Positions 26,961-37,035 of a DNA stretch of 64,000 nucleotides are shown here, piece after piece. Below the pieces are notes generated by a model. It was not told the DNA's origin. It was given only the letters and a program-made list of their open reading frames with translations, and made no database searches. Source of the DNA: Fibrobacterota bacterium (GTDB lineage: Bacteria > Fibrobacterota > Fibrobacteria > UBA11236); assembly GCA_028287465.1 (NCBI GenBank), contig JAQBPO010000064.1, forward strand, positions 72,249 to 136,248. Direction: 5' to 3'. Numbering within the stretch: the first letter of the stretch is position 1; the number at the start of each line of letters is the position of its first letter. Position numbers and translations under genes: made by a program.

Positions 26961-27812
26961 ATGGTCAAGCCTTCCAAGTCGACGACGAAACAACCCTCGG
27001 TCCTGCCGGACCCGATCGCTTCCATCGCGGACGTGCAGAACCTGGAAGACACCAGGCGCATCGCCATCGACAAGGTGGGCATCAAGTCGATCCGCCATCC
27101 GGTCCGGGTGAAGGATCGCTCGAGAGGCGAACAGCACACCATCGCCAATTTCAACATGTACGTCTATCTGCCGCACAATTTCAAGGGCACGCACATGTCC
27201 CGCTTCGTGGAGATCCTCAACGCGCGCGAAACCGAGATCACCGTGGAGTCCTTCAAGGGCATGCTCCCTGAGATGATCGAGAAGCTCAACTCCGAGGCCG
27301 GCAACATCGAAATGACCTTCCCCTACTTCGTGAACAAGGCCGCCCCCGTTTCCGGGGTCAAGAGCCTGATGGACTACGAGGTGACCTTCATAGGCGAGAT
27401 CAACAAGACCGGCGCTTGCATGACCTTGAAGGTGGTCGTGCCCGTGACGAGCCTCTGCCCCTGCTCCAAGAAGATCTCCGACTACGGGGCCCACAACCAG
27501 CGGTCCCACGTAACCGTGTCCGCCCGCATCGCCAAGGGCCCGCACTTCCTGTGGATCGAGGACATCATCGACCTGGTCGAGTCGGTCGCCTCCTGCCAGT
27601 TGTACGGCCTGCTCAAGCGTCCGGACGAGAAATACGTGACCGAACGCGCCTACGACAATCCCAAATTCGTCGAGGACATGGTGCGCGACACCGCTCACCT
27701 CCTGGACCAGGACAAGCGCATCTCCCATTACGTTGTGGAATCGGAGAATTTCGAATCCATCCACAACCACTCGGCCTATGCCATGATCGAGAGGGACAAG
27801 ACCCGGAAGTGA
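26961..27812 (+). CDS. folE2: GTP cyclohydrolase FolE2 / MptA (type-2 GTP cyclohydrolase I, DUF198)
   Basis: Conserved [19 protein letters not shown] and [10 protein letters not shown] metal-site motifs. 283 aa. GGAG Shine-Dalgarno 8 nt upstream. Confidence 0.8.
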   Translation: MVKPSKSTTKQPSVLPDPIASIADVQNLEDTRRIAIDKVGIKSIRHPVRVKDRSRGEQHTIANFNMYVYLPHNFKGTHMSRFVEILNARETEITVESFKGMLPEMIEKLNSEAGNIEMTFPYFVNKAAPVSGVKSLMDYEVTFIGEINKTGACMTLKVVVPVTSLCPCSKKISDYGAHNQRSHVTVSARIAKGPHFLWIEDIIDLVESVASCQLYGLLKRPDEKYVTERAYDNPKFVEDMVRDTAHLLDQDKRISHYVVESENFESIHNHSAYAMIERDKTRK

Positions 27813-27824
27813 TCCGGAGCGGGA

Positions 27825-30800
27825 TCACCCTCCCGCGATCGGGTCCTTTTCCCCGGCCGTTTCCCCGGCCGTTTCACCGGCCGTTTCACCGGCCAGGCCG
27901 ACCGCCTTGCCCGCATTGCCCGCGGGCTTTTCCTTATCCTTCCCGCCCGTGCCGTCCAGCACTTCCCGCACCTTGGCCGATAGGGCCGCCGGGCTGAAGG
28001 GCTTTCCGATGAAGGAGGCCTGCGCGGTATATACGCCGTGGCGGATGATGGCATCCTCGGTGTATCCCGACATGAACAATACCTTCACTTCGGGCCGGGT
28101 CGCCTTGAGCCGCTCCGCCAGCTCGCGTCCGCTCATCCCGCCCATCACCACGTCGGTCAGCAGCAAGTGGATGCCGGTGTCCCGGATCTTGGTCTCCAAC
28201 AGCTCCAGCGCCTGCTCACCGCCCGGGGCCTCGAAAACGGTATATCCTCCCACCTCGAGCACGTCGCGGACCAGACGCCGGACCGCATCCTCGTCTTCCA
28301 CCAGGAGGATGGTCTCGGTTCCGCCGGCGGAGCGCAGGGCGCGTTCCCGCATGCGCGATTTCTCCGGCTTCTCCTGCTTGGTCCCGGCCGGGAGGAAGAT
28401 CGAAAAGGTGGTGCCCTTCCCCGGCTCGGTCTCTACGCTGATGGATCCGTTCGACTGCTTGACCGCGCCGTAGACGGTCGACAGGCCGAGGCCCGTGCCC
28501 TTGTCCTTGGACTTGGTGGTGAAAAAGGGTTCGAACAGGCGCGAACGGGTCTCCGCATCCATGCCCGTCCCGTTGTCCGAAACGGTCAGCTGCGCGTACT
28601 CCCCGGGAGTCAATTCGAGGGTTGCCGGGGTGCGGGCCTCGTTCTTGAGATGGATGTTTTCGGTGGAAACCATGAGGTCGCCGCCGTTGGGAAGGGCGTC
28701 CCGCGCATTGAGGACCAGGTTGAGGATGACCTGTTCCATCTGGCTGGGGTCCGCGATCACCTTGGTCAGCTTGGGATCCAGGCGGGTCTGGAAGATGATG
28801 TTCTCGCCGATGAGGCGGCGCAGCATGGTTTCCATGCTCAGCACCACGGCGTTGAGATCGAGGACCCGGGGGGCCAGCACCTGCTTACGGCTGAAGGAGA
28901 GCAGCTGGCTCGTGAGGTCCGCCGCGCGCGCGCCGGCCTTGCGGATCTCCTCGATATGCGCGCGCTTGGGATCCTCCTTGGGCACGGTCATCAGGAGCAG
29001 ATCGCTGAAGCCGTTGATGGCGGTCAGCAGGTTGTTGAAATCATGGGCCACGCCCCCGGCGAGCCGCCCCACGGCCTCCATCTTCTGGGATTGGCGGAGC
29101 TTATCCTCGCTGGCCTTGAGCGCGTCCTCGGCCCGCTTCCGATCGTTGATATTCCGGACGATGCCCTCGAAATAGGCTACGCTCCCTCCCAGGCGCCGGA
29201 TGGGCTGGGCGTTCACTTCCACCCAAACCGGGACGGCCCTCTCGCGCTCCAGTTCCACCGAGAAGGTTTCGCCCTTGTCCGAGAAGGCGAGGGAATCCCC
29301 GCCCGCCGGCAGGAGGCGCGGCCGCACGGTTCCCACCAGTTGGCTGCGGTCCGAGTAACCCATCATGGCCACCAGGGCCGGATTGGCGTCCAGGACGGTC
29401 CCGTCCGGCGCGCAGCGGTAGATGCCGTCCAGGGAACGTTCGAACAGGGTGCGGTATTTCTCCTCGGAACGGCGCAGGTCCCGGTAAAGCAGCATGGCCC
29501 CGAGGGCCGTGGAGATGCGGGTGGAGATGTCCTTGAACATCGGGAATTCCTCGGCCCGCCAAGGCGCGGCGACCGGCCCGCGCAGGAGGCATAGGATCCA
29601 CGGACGGCCCACCTGGGGGCGCACCGAGATGGCTTTGATGGTACCGACGCGAAGGGAATCCCTCCAATACGGTTCGCCGGGGAGCGGCTGAACCCCTCCG
29701 AAGACCACGGGTTCGTCGCTGGCTTTGCAGGCCAACACGATTTCCTGGAAGCCGGCTTCCGCGGGCAGGGTCTCGATATCCGAGACGGCGAAAACCGGCT
29801 CGGCTTTGGCGGATCCCTTGCGCGGGCGCTCCGCCGAGAACTGGATGTGGAATCCCGTGGTTTCATCATCCGCGAGGTGGATGAGCCAGGCACGGTCGCA
29901 TGCGAATACGTCGAGCATCCTCGCCATGGCCGCAGGCAGGGCGCGCTCCACGTCCTGGGTACGTTCGATGGCGCCGGAAACCTGGTTCACGCCTTCCAGG
30001 TAACGCACGTGCTCGGCCGCGGAAACCTCCGCCCGCCGGACTTCCGAGATATCCTGCAGGACCGTGACCGCCAGATGGACCTTGCCTTGGCCGTCCAGGA
30101 TCGGCCTGGCGTTGACCACGACCCATCGCTCCATCCCCGTCTCCCGCGATCGGTAGCAAATCACCTCACCCTGTACGGTTTCGCCGAGCAGGGCGCGTCT
30201 CCCGGGAAGCCGTTCCTTGGGGTAGGGCTTCATGGATTCATCGAAGGTTTCATAGGGATGGAGAATCTTTTCGAAAGGCCGGTTGATGAGCTCTTCCGGG
30301 CGCGCGCAATCCAGCATCCGCGCGGCCGCGTCATTGGCGAAAACGGTAATGCCGGCCGTGTCGAAGGCGAATACGGGCGAATCCACCGTCTTGATGATGA
30401 TATCGAGCTCCAGGCGGGAAGGCAGGCCCGCCTCTTCCGTCGAGGGAACCGGTTCCGCGGATCCGCCGCGGGATCGACTTTCCTGGACAAGGTCGGCCAA
30501 GCTTCCAGCGAGGCTTTGGACCAATTCCCGCTCAGGCCCGGTCCAGTCCCTGGGTTCCGTGTCCCAGACCGCGAGAACCCCGAGGCATGACCCTTGCCCA
30601 TTCTTGACGGGAGCGCCGAGAAAGGCGCGCAGGCCTTCGGCGGGGAAACCGGAACCCGCTTGGTGCTTAGGCTTGGTCCCGCCTCCGTCCAGGGATTTCG
30701 ACAGGGGTCCCCCGAAAGCGGCATCCACCAGGAAGTCCCATTCCAGGGGCCATTCGGGCCGATCCATGAGTCCGGCCGGAAGGCCATGGAAACCCCTGGG

Positions 30801-30977
30801 AAGCAGGGATCTTTCCCCGAGCAGCAGGAACGCGGAGCTCGTGGCCCTTAGGCTCAGGGAAACCGTGCGGAGGAACCGATTGAGGGCTGGGGGAGGGTCG
30901 GATTCCGCCAAACCCGTCGCCGCCACGGCTCGCAATCGGGCTTCATCCGCCAGTCTGATCGGGTAATCCGGATGCAT
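27825..30977 (-). CDS. hybrid sensor histidine kinase / response regulator (GAF and PAS sensors, HisKA, HATPase_c, C-terminal receiver) with an (ETAG)n tail
   Basis: H-box QKMEAVGRLAGGVAHDFNNLLTAINGFSDLL. HATPase GTGMD...GTGLGLSTVYG. REC ILLVEDEDAVR...LLLTDVVMGGMSG...KVLFMSGY. Confidence 0.8.
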   Translation of the reverse strand: MHPDYPIRLADEARLRAVAATGLAESDPPPALNRFLRTVSLSLRATSSAFLLLGERSLLPRGFHGLPAGLMDRPEWPLEWDFLVDAAFGGPLSKSLDGGGTKPKHQAGSGFPAEGLRAFLGAPVKNGQGSCLGVLAVWDTEPRDWTGPERELVQSLAGSLADLVQESRSRGGSAEPVPSTEEAGLPSRLELDIIIKTVDSPVFAFDTAGITVFANDAAARMLDCARPEELINRPFEKILHPYETFDESMKPYPKERLPGRRALLGETVQGEVICYRSRETGMERWVVVNARPILDGQGKVHLAVTVLQDISEVRRAEVSAAEHVRYLEGVNQVSGAIERTQDVERALPAAMARMLDVFACDRAWLIHLADDETTGFHIQFSAERPRKGSAKAEPVFAVSDIETLPAEAGFQEIVLACKASDEPVVFGGVQPLPGEPYWRDSLRVGTIKAISVRPQVGRPWILCLLRGPVAAPWRAEEFPMFKDISTRISTALGAMLLYRDLRRSEEKYRTLFERSLDGIYRCAPDGTVLDANPALVAMMGYSDRSQLVGTVRPRLLPAGGDSLAFSDKGETFSVELERERAVPVWVEVNAQPIRRLGGSVAYFEGIVRNINDRKRAEDALKASEDKLRQSQKMEAVGRLAGGVAHDFNNLLTAINGFSDLLLMTVPKEDPKRAHIEEIRKAGARAADLTSQLLSFSRKQVLAPRVLDLNAVVLSMETMLRRLIGENIIFQTRLDPKLTKVIADPSQMEQVILNLVLNARDALPNGGDLMVSTENIHLKNEARTPATLELTPGEYAQLTVSDNGTGMDAETRSRLFEPFFTTKSKDKGTGLGLSTVYGAVKQSNGSISVETEPGKGTTFSIFLPAGTKQEKPEKSRMRERALRSAGGTETILLVEDEDAVRRLVRDVLEVGGYTVFEAPGGEQALELLETKIRDTGIHLLLTDVVMGGMSGRELAERLKATRPEVKVLFMSGYTEDAIIRHGVYTAQASFIGKPFSPAALSAKVREVLDGTGGKDKEKPAGNAGKAVGLAGETAGETAGETAGEKDPIAGG
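27851..27898 (+). repeat. 12-bp tandem repeat (ccggccgtttcc) x4 inside the 3' end of the kinase gene, in frame, encoding ETAG repeats
   Basis: ccccggccgttt ccccggccgttt caccggccgttt caccggcc. The protein tail is GETAGETAGETAGEKDPIAGG. Confidence 0.8.
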
Positions 30978-31254
30978 GTGTCCTTAGCGTTTGGTACGCG
31001 TCGCCCAGAAAGCTTCAATATATGAATTCCCCCTACCCGCATGGAAAAAAATGGCGAAGCTAACGATTCTGAAGGCCCCGCGATGGTGTGAAGGCTCCCC
31101 GGGAGCCTATAGACAAAGGGGTGCCCGCTTAATATCTTCTCGACCGCCTTGCAGGAAGCGCTCCGGGAAGAAACCGGAGATATGGAGAAACCGCCCATCG
31201 GGTGGATTCCCCTAAATGACCCGCCCGGCGGTTCATCGCATAACGAGGAATTCC

Positions 31255-31460
31255 GTGAGAATCGGAAGCGAGCTCGTCGCTGTAAGCGGTACGAAACTTC
31301 CAGGCGGAGCCCTTTCAATGGGCCGCCGACCACTGGTTCACCTCTACTTCGACCCCCGGGTCGGGAAGCGGACCGGGAAGGGGAAGGAGTAGGCAGGCAG
31401 TCGCGCCACAAGCGCGGCTTCCGGAATCCGCGAGCCAGAAGACTCACCTGCCAGGGATCT
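31255..31460 (+). promoter_or_regulatory. candidate cobalamin (AdoCbl) riboswitch in the 630-bp leader of the BtuB-like receptor gene
   Basis: Segments resembling btuB-leader elements, in the correct order. GGTACGAAACTTCC at 31288-31301 is like GGTGCGAAnTCC. GACCACTGG at 31328-31336 is B12-box-like. GGGAAGCGG and GGGAAGG follow. AGCCAGAAGAC-tca-CCTGCC at 31433-31452 compares with AGCCAGGAGACCTGCC. The matches are imperfect. Confidence 0.35.
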
Positions 31461-31608
31461 GATTGGCCTTCGAAGCCGAGGTCGACGGAATGCAGCCGGA
31501 ATCCCAAGGATCCCGATCCGCCTCCGTTGCCCCCCGTTCCGATAGTCCGGTCCCATACTGCGTCCCGTCCGGCCCAGATCCCGGACGCCGCGAGGAGTTT
31601 CGGGCATC

Positions 31609-33657
31609 ATGGCTTTACGGCCCGCCTATTTGGGGATCTACGCGATCCTGGTTTTCGCGCCGTGGGCCTTCCCCGCCGGGGCGGAACCGCGCGTAGACAC
31701 CTTGGAGCTCCCGGACCGGGAGGGGCGCCCGCTCCCGCCGCCGCCGGCCGCCGCCAAATCCGTGCTCATACCATCCGATGAGGATCGCCAGCTGAGGGAT
31801 CTGGGCGATGTCCTTGAACGCATGTCCGGCCTCCATGTGATGCGGACCGGGCAGTTGGGCGATTACCTGGGGGTTTCCATCCGCGGCTCCTCGGAAGGCC
31901 AGGTCAATGTCTATGTCAACGGAGTGCTCAAGAATCCCGGCGGGGACCCGTCCCTGTTCCTGGGGGATTACGATCTCTCGCGGGTGGAGCGCATCGAGGT
32001 CTATAAGGGGCTCGCTCCCGACGACCTTCCCGGATCCCCCATGGGCGGTGCCATCAATATCATAACGCGCCAGACCGCAAGCGGCCAAGGGGTGCGGGCG
32101 GCACTGACCGCCGGATCCTTCGGATCCCTCCGCGCCAATGGAAGCGTGGACGCGAGCCGGGACGGCCTGAAGCTTCACGCCCAGGCGGGCAGGGACCAGA
32201 GCGAGGGCGACTTCACCTACTACGATGACGCCGGCACGGAGTTCAAGCCCGGTCGGCATCCGGAAGGGGCGCCCAGGCTCGGTGAAGGCGATCTGGTCCG
32301 CAAGACCCGCAGGAACAACGCCCATGGCTTCAGCGAGTTCGACGCGGCCATCGCCTATGCCCCCGCCCCCAGTGCGGAGTTGGGGCTTCAGGCGGATTAT
32401 TCGAGCTTGCGCAAACACATCCCGTCTCCTTATGCGAGCGTCGACTCCTCCGTTTCGGTCGCGGCCTTCCGCGAATCCGATCGCCTCTCGGCCCGCGCCT
32501 ACGGCCGCTGGTCCCTTCCGGGGCTCGAATTGGGCGCGGACGTCTCGGGCGGCTTCCAGGGCGACCTTTTCGTGGACACCTCCATGGCCGGCGGCGCCGT
32601 AGGATTGGGATACGACGATGACGGCAACGACTATTCGGATGCCGCGGTCACCCTCACGGCGCGCGCGGGGATTAGGGAAGGGTTGACCCTTTCCGCCCTG
32701 GCCTCGTACGGGTTAACGGGCTATCGCTACACCAATCGCTTCACGGGAATCGGCCATCCCACCCTGCTCCGCTATACAGGCGACGGGAAGATCACGCCTA
32801 CCTGGGTCTTCCGCCGCCACACCCTGCAGGCCGTCCTCGGCGCCACCCTTCATCTGGAGGAGGAGAGCGCGGGGCCCGCAACGGCCTACGGAGCGGCGGA
32901 AGGATCGGACGGCGATCGTGGCGGGCACTATTCCGCGCGCCTGGGCTACCAGTACCGCCCGTTCGACGGCTTCTGGCTTTTCCTCCAGGGCGGCAATGCC
33001 TATCGGATCCCCACCTTCTTCGAGCGTTTCGGGGATCGCGGCACCCTGCTCGCCAACCCGGATCTGCGTTCCGAGGCGGGCCTGAACGCCTCGATCGGGG
33101 CTCATGCCCAATCGCGCTCGATCTCGCTTGACGTGCAGGGATTCGTCTCGGACGGTAAGCGCATCATCACCATGGTGACGAACTCCCAGTTCGTGATGAT
33201 ATACCGTAACTCCGGGGATACCCGTACCTATGGGCTGGAGGCGGGCCTGTCCCTGGCGCCGAGGACCTGGACCCGCACCGATCTGGATCTCACCCTGCAA
33301 AAGGCCGAGAACCTGTCCGGCGGGACCAAGGTGGACGACTACAAGCTCATCCCCTACCGCCCCCTGACCCAGGCCTCCCTGCGCCAGACCTTCAAGCGCG
33401 GACCCTGGTCGCTCGCGGCCTTGGGATACTACCAGGGCCTCACCTATCCCAACGCCTCGAACCGGCCCAGCCTGTTCGACGGATACAGCCACAATACCGA
33501 ATGGAAGTCCCATTGCGATCTCACGCTTTCCCGGCGGGGCCGGCACGTCCTGGCCGCCGCCTCGGTGCGCAACCTTTTCGACTCCCGCGATTTCGATTTC
33601 TTCAACTACCCCTTGCCGGGCCGGAGCTACGCCGCCACCCTGCAGACCGATTTCTAA
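31609..33657 (+). CDS. TonB-dependent outer-membrane receptor (BtuB-like by context)
   Basis: Signal peptide. Plug-domain motifs GVSIRGSSEGQVNVYVNGV and RIEVYKG. It is 682 aa and ends with a C-terminal Phe (...LQTDF). Confidence 0.75.
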   Translation: MALRPAYLGIYAILVFAPWAFPAGAEPRVDTLELPDREGRPLPPPPAAAKSVLIPSDEDRQLRDLGDVLERMSGLHVMRTGQLGDYLGVSIRGSSEGQVNVYVNGVLKNPGGDPSLFLGDYDLSRVERIEVYKGLAPDDLPGSPMGGAINIITRQTASGQGVRAALTAGSFGSLRANGSVDASRDGLKLHAQAGRDQSEGDFTYYDDAGTEFKPGRHPEGAPRLGEGDLVRKTRRNNAHGFSEFDAAIAYAPAPSAELGLQADYSSLRKHIPSPYASVDSSVSVAAFRESDRLSARAYGRWSLPGLELGADVSGGFQGDLFVDTSMAGGAVGLGYDDDGNDYSDAAVTLTARAGIREGLTLSALASYGLTGYRYTNRFTGIGHPTLLRYTGDGKITPTWVFRRHTLQAVLGATLHLEEESAGPATAYGAAEGSDGDRGGHYSARLGYQYRPFDGFWLFLQGGNAYRIPTFFERFGDRGTLLANPDLRSEAGLNASIGAHAQSRSISLDVQGFVSDGKRIITMVTNSQFVMIYRNSGDTRTYGLEAGLSLAPRTWTRTDLDLTLQKAENLSGGTKVDDYKLIPYRPLTQASLRQTFKRGPWSLAALGYYQGLTYPNASNRPSLFDGYSHNTEWKSHCDLTLSRRGRHVLAAASVRNLFDSRDFDFFNYPLPGRSYAATLQTDF

Positions 33658-33676
33658 CCCAAGCAAAAGGATCCTC

Positions 33677-34795
33677 ATGCCATTCAACACTCCTAGCCGC
33701 GCCCGCGCCGGCATCGCCATCCTCGGTCTCCTGTCCGTGGCGGGACTCGATTCCTGCTTGAACCAGGAAAAGGCGGACGATCCGGTCAGTACCGAAAAGG
33801 CCTTCGTATTCACCGTGAATTCGGACTACAAGACCGGCAGCTATTCCGCTACCGGCATCGACAGCGCATTCGTCAGCCGCGACATCGACGCCATCCACTC
33901 CGATGCGGGCGTACGCTACCTGGGCGGCAACGACATTTTCGTGCTCAACCGGTTCGGGCGGGACAATCTGCAGGTCGTGGATCGCCATAACCTCAAGACG
34001 GTCCTCCAGGTCGCCTTTCCGGCGTTATCCAACCCGCACGATATCGCGGTCAAGGACAGCCTGCTCTACGTCGGTTTTTACGGCGCCTATTCCAAGATCG
34101 GCATCTACAAGCAGTCGGACGGGACCAAGGCCGGGGAAATCGATCTGGCCGCTTACGCGGATACCGCCGATCATTTCCCCGAAGTGACCGAGCTCCTGTT
34201 CATCGGCAAGGATCTCTACGCCCTGATCGCCAACATGGACAACAAGACCTACGGATTCCTGCAGGGCCGCCTCGCGAAAATCGATGTCGCGACCAAGGAG
34301 GTCAAGGTCCTGGACCTTCCCATCAGCAATCCCGTTTCCATGTCCTACGACAAGGCCGCGAACAAATTGTACATCCCCTGCCGCGGGGCCTTCTTCAAGC
34401 CGGGCTCCTTTACCGACCTGGAACTGGACGGCGGCATCGTGGGCGTGAAGCTCTCCGCATTCTCCATCGCGGACACCCTCGCCACGGAAGCCGCCCTGGG
34501 CGGCAGCCTGGGCAAGGCCTATCTGGACGACGGGCGCCTGATCATGGACCTCACCGCAACGGCGGGAGAAAAGCTGGTCGCCATCTCCCTGAAGGACGGC
34601 AAGGCGGAGGAGTGGGCGTCGCTGAAGCCGTATAGCCTGGGCGGCACCGACATCGACGCGAAGAACGGCACCTTGTACATCGGCGATCGCGAAAATGGGT
34701 TGCGCTTTTTCGACCTCGCGACCGGTAAGGAAAAGGACGGGTCCCCGATCAGGATGAGCGATCTGCCCATCAGCGATCTGGCCGTGATCCGGTGA
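33677..34795 (+). CDS. surface lipoprotein with beta-propeller-like repeats (BtuG/YncE-like by context)
   Basis: Lipobox AGLDSC. Repeated blade-end motifs ...LYVGFYG, ...LYALIAN, ...LYIPCRG and ...LYIGDRE. It sits immediately downstream of the TonB receptor. Confidence 0.45.
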   Translation: MPFNTPSRARAGIAILGLLSVAGLDSCLNQEKADDPVSTEKAFVFTVNSDYKTGSYSATGIDSAFVSRDIDAIHSDAGVRYLGGNDIFVLNRFGRDNLQVVDRHNLKTVLQVAFPALSNPHDIAVKDSLLYVGFYGAYSKIGIYKQSDGTKAGEIDLAAYADTADHFPEVTELLFIGKDLYALIANMDNKTYGFLQGRLAKIDVATKEVKVLDLPISNPVSMSYDKAANKLYIPCRGAFFKPGSFTDLELDGGIVGVKLSAFSIADTLATEAALGGSLGKAYLDDGRLIMDLTATAGEKLVAISLKDGKAEEWASLKPYSLGGTDIDAKNGTLYIGDRENGLRFFDLATGKEKDGSPIRMSDLPISDLAVIR

Positions 34796-35001
34796 TTCCG
34801 AGGGAGACGGTCCTGAGCGCGGTCGTTTCGCCCTGCACCCGCCTCTGCAGGCTCGATGGGGATCGGCATCACTGCCTCGGCTGCGGCCGCACCCTGCCGG
34901 AATTGGCGGAATGGGCCTCAGCCCCCGATACGCGCAAAAACGGGATCCTGGAAAGGCTCGCGGCTTCCGGTTTCACGCCGCGCCCTCCTGACCTGATTTG
35001 A
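34792..35001 (+). CDS. DUF1289-type small Cys-rich (putative Fe-S / zinc) protein
   Basis: SPCTRLCRLDGDRHHCLGCGRTLPELAEW pattern. ATGA overlap with the upstream gene. Confidence 0.5.
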   Translation: MIPRETVLSAVVSPCTRLCRLDGDRHHCLGCGRTLPELAEWASAPDTRKNGILERLAASGFTPRPPDLI

Positions 35002-35038
35002 CCTTCCCACCGGGGACGCCGCGCGCTACAATGGTCCC

Positions 35039-36922
35039 ATGCTCCGCTTTTCCTGGGAATGGGATCTGCTGGCTTCCCCGGAAGCCCTTTGGCCCCTGGT
35101 TTCGGATTCCGATCGCTTCAACCGCGATTCCGGGATCCCCAACCTCGTGATGAGGGGGGAAGGACCCGAAAGGGTGATCGCCTTCAAGAAATTCGGCTAC
35201 CTGGTGCGTTGGCGCGAAGAACCGTTCGAATGGTCCCGTCCGCGCCGCTTCGCGGCCGCGCGCCATTACCTGAGCGGACCGTTCCGGGAAATGAAGGTCG
35301 CGGTCCACCTGGATCCTTTGCCCTCGGGAGGCACGCGCCTGCGGTACGAAACCACCGTGGAACCGCGTCATCCCTGGTCCGGTCCCGCCCTGTCCCTGGG
35401 ATTCCGTCTGATCCTGAAGCGCCGCTTCACCGCGATCTTCCGCGCCTATGATCGGGCCGCTATACGATCCGCATCGGACCCGCAATCCCAGGCGGATCCG
35501 GCTTCCGGAGGCGCGCCGGGCATGCTGCGCGCTCCCGCCGCCGCGCCGCTCACCGCTCCGGAACGTACCTTCGCCCCCTCCGGCAAGGCCCGCCTGTCCG
35601 CGCGCTTCCAGGACCTGCTTGCCGCAGGGGCCGACCCGCGCCTGGCCGCACGCCTGCGCCTGTTGCTGGAGGACGGTGACGATTCGGAACTGACCCGCAT
35701 CCGTCCCTATGCCATGGCCGCCGTCTGGGGAGCCGATCGCAGGGCCACCCTGGAAACCTGCATGCTCGCGGCCCGGACCGGTCTCCTGGATTTCCGCTGG
35801 GATCTGCTGTGCCCGTCCTGCCGCGGGGCCAAATTCACCGCCGCCCGCCTCAAGGACATCCGCGGGCCCGTGCATTGCGATTCCTGCAACATCGATTTCC
35901 GCGCCGCCTTCGATCGTTCCGTAGAGGTCACCTTCGCGGCCAACCGCTCCATCCGCGCTCCTTCGTCGGGGGAGTACTGCGTAGGCAGCCCCCAACGCAC
36001 TCCCCATGTGCACCTGCGCCATACCCTGGAGCCGCGCACGGCCATGACCGTGGATCTGGTCCTCGATCCGGGAAGGTACCGCCTGCGTTCCCCTTCCTTC
36101 GAAGGCGCCTGTCACCTGCGCGCCGGGAAGGACGGGAACGTCCACGCGCATGCCGAACCCGGTCCCGGAGGCTGGCCCCACGGCGAGACGGTCTGGAATA
36201 CCCATACGCGCCTATCCCTGGCCAATCCCACGGACCGCCCACTCGTATTCATCCTGGAGCGCAATGCCTGGGCCGACGACGCGGCCACGGCCGCCGAGGT
36301 CACCGCCCTGCAAAGCTTCCGCGATTTGTTCGCCGACGAGGCGCTGCGCCCGGGCGAGGAGATATCGGTGGGCAGCCTGGCCTTCCTCTTCACCGATCTG
36401 CGCGGTTCCACCCGCCTCTACCGCGATGCCGGCGACGCCAAGGCCTTCGGCCTGGTCATGGAGCATTTCGACATCCTCAAGGCCGTCATAGCCGAAGAGG
36501 GCGGCGCGGTGGTCAAGACCATCGGCGACGCCGTGATGGCCGTATTCCCCAGGCCCCATTCCGCCGTGCGCGCGGCCCTGGAAGCGCACCGCCGCCTCCG
36601 GGAATCGCAGCCTTCCCTGGTGCTCAAGGCCGGGGTCCATTGCGGCCCCTGCATCGCCGTGAGCCAGAACGATCGCCTGGATTATTTCGGTTCCACCCTC
36701 AACCTGTCCGCGCGGCTGCTGGGGTTCTCCCAAGGGGGTGACCTGGTGGTTACCCAGGAGACCGGGCGGGATCCGGAAACCGCCTCCTGGCTGGCGGCCA
36801 ATGCCGGCACCTGCAAGATCGAGAAAATCAGCACCCCGATCCGGGGTTTCGAACAGGACGCCTTCGCCCTCCTGCGTATTTCCCCCGATGCGGCCGTATC
36901 CGCCCCCGCCGTGACGAAATAA
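35039..36922 (+). CDS. class III adenylate/guanylate cyclase domain protein with an N-terminal ligand-binding-like domain and a Cys4 zinc-ribbon-like segment
   Basis: Cyclase domain FLFTDLRGSTRLY...VVKTIGDAVMAVFP...GVHCGPCIAV...GSTLNLSARL. CPSCRG...CDSC in the middle. Confidence 0.65.
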   Translation: MLRFSWEWDLLASPEALWPLVSDSDRFNRDSGIPNLVMRGEGPERVIAFKKFGYLVRWREEPFEWSRPRRFAAARHYLSGPFREMKVAVHLDPLPSGGTRLRYETTVEPRHPWSGPALSLGFRLILKRRFTAIFRAYDRAAIRSASDPQSQADPASGGAPGMLRAPAAAPLTAPERTFAPSGKARLSARFQDLLAAGADPRLAARLRLLLEDGDDSELTRIRPYAMAAVWGADRRATLETCMLAARTGLLDFRWDLLCPSCRGAKFTAARLKDIRGPVHCDSCNIDFRAAFDRSVEVTFAANRSIRAPSSGEYCVGSPQRTPHVHLRHTLEPRTAMTVDLVLDPGRYRLRSPSFEGACHLRAGKDGNVHAHAEPGPGGWPHGETVWNTHTRLSLANPTDRPLVFILERNAWADDAATAAEVTALQSFRDLFADEALRPGEEISVGSLAFLFTDLRGSTRLYRDAGDAKAFGLVMEHFDILKAVIAEEGGAVVKTIGDAVMAVFPRPHSAVRAALEAHRRLRESQPSLVLKAGVHCGPCIAVSQNDRLDYFGSTLNLSARLLGFSQGGDLVVTQETGRDPETASWLAANAGTCKIEKISTPIRGFEQDAFALLRISPDAAVSAPAVTK

Positions 36923-37035
36923 ACCGCAACCTTTCCCAAAAAACCAAAGCTTTTAGTCAGATCTTTGTCATATCATAAGGGTGATTGGGGGATTGGCGTC
37001 CCCTGGCCCGCCGCCCGGGTACGCCAGACAATCTT

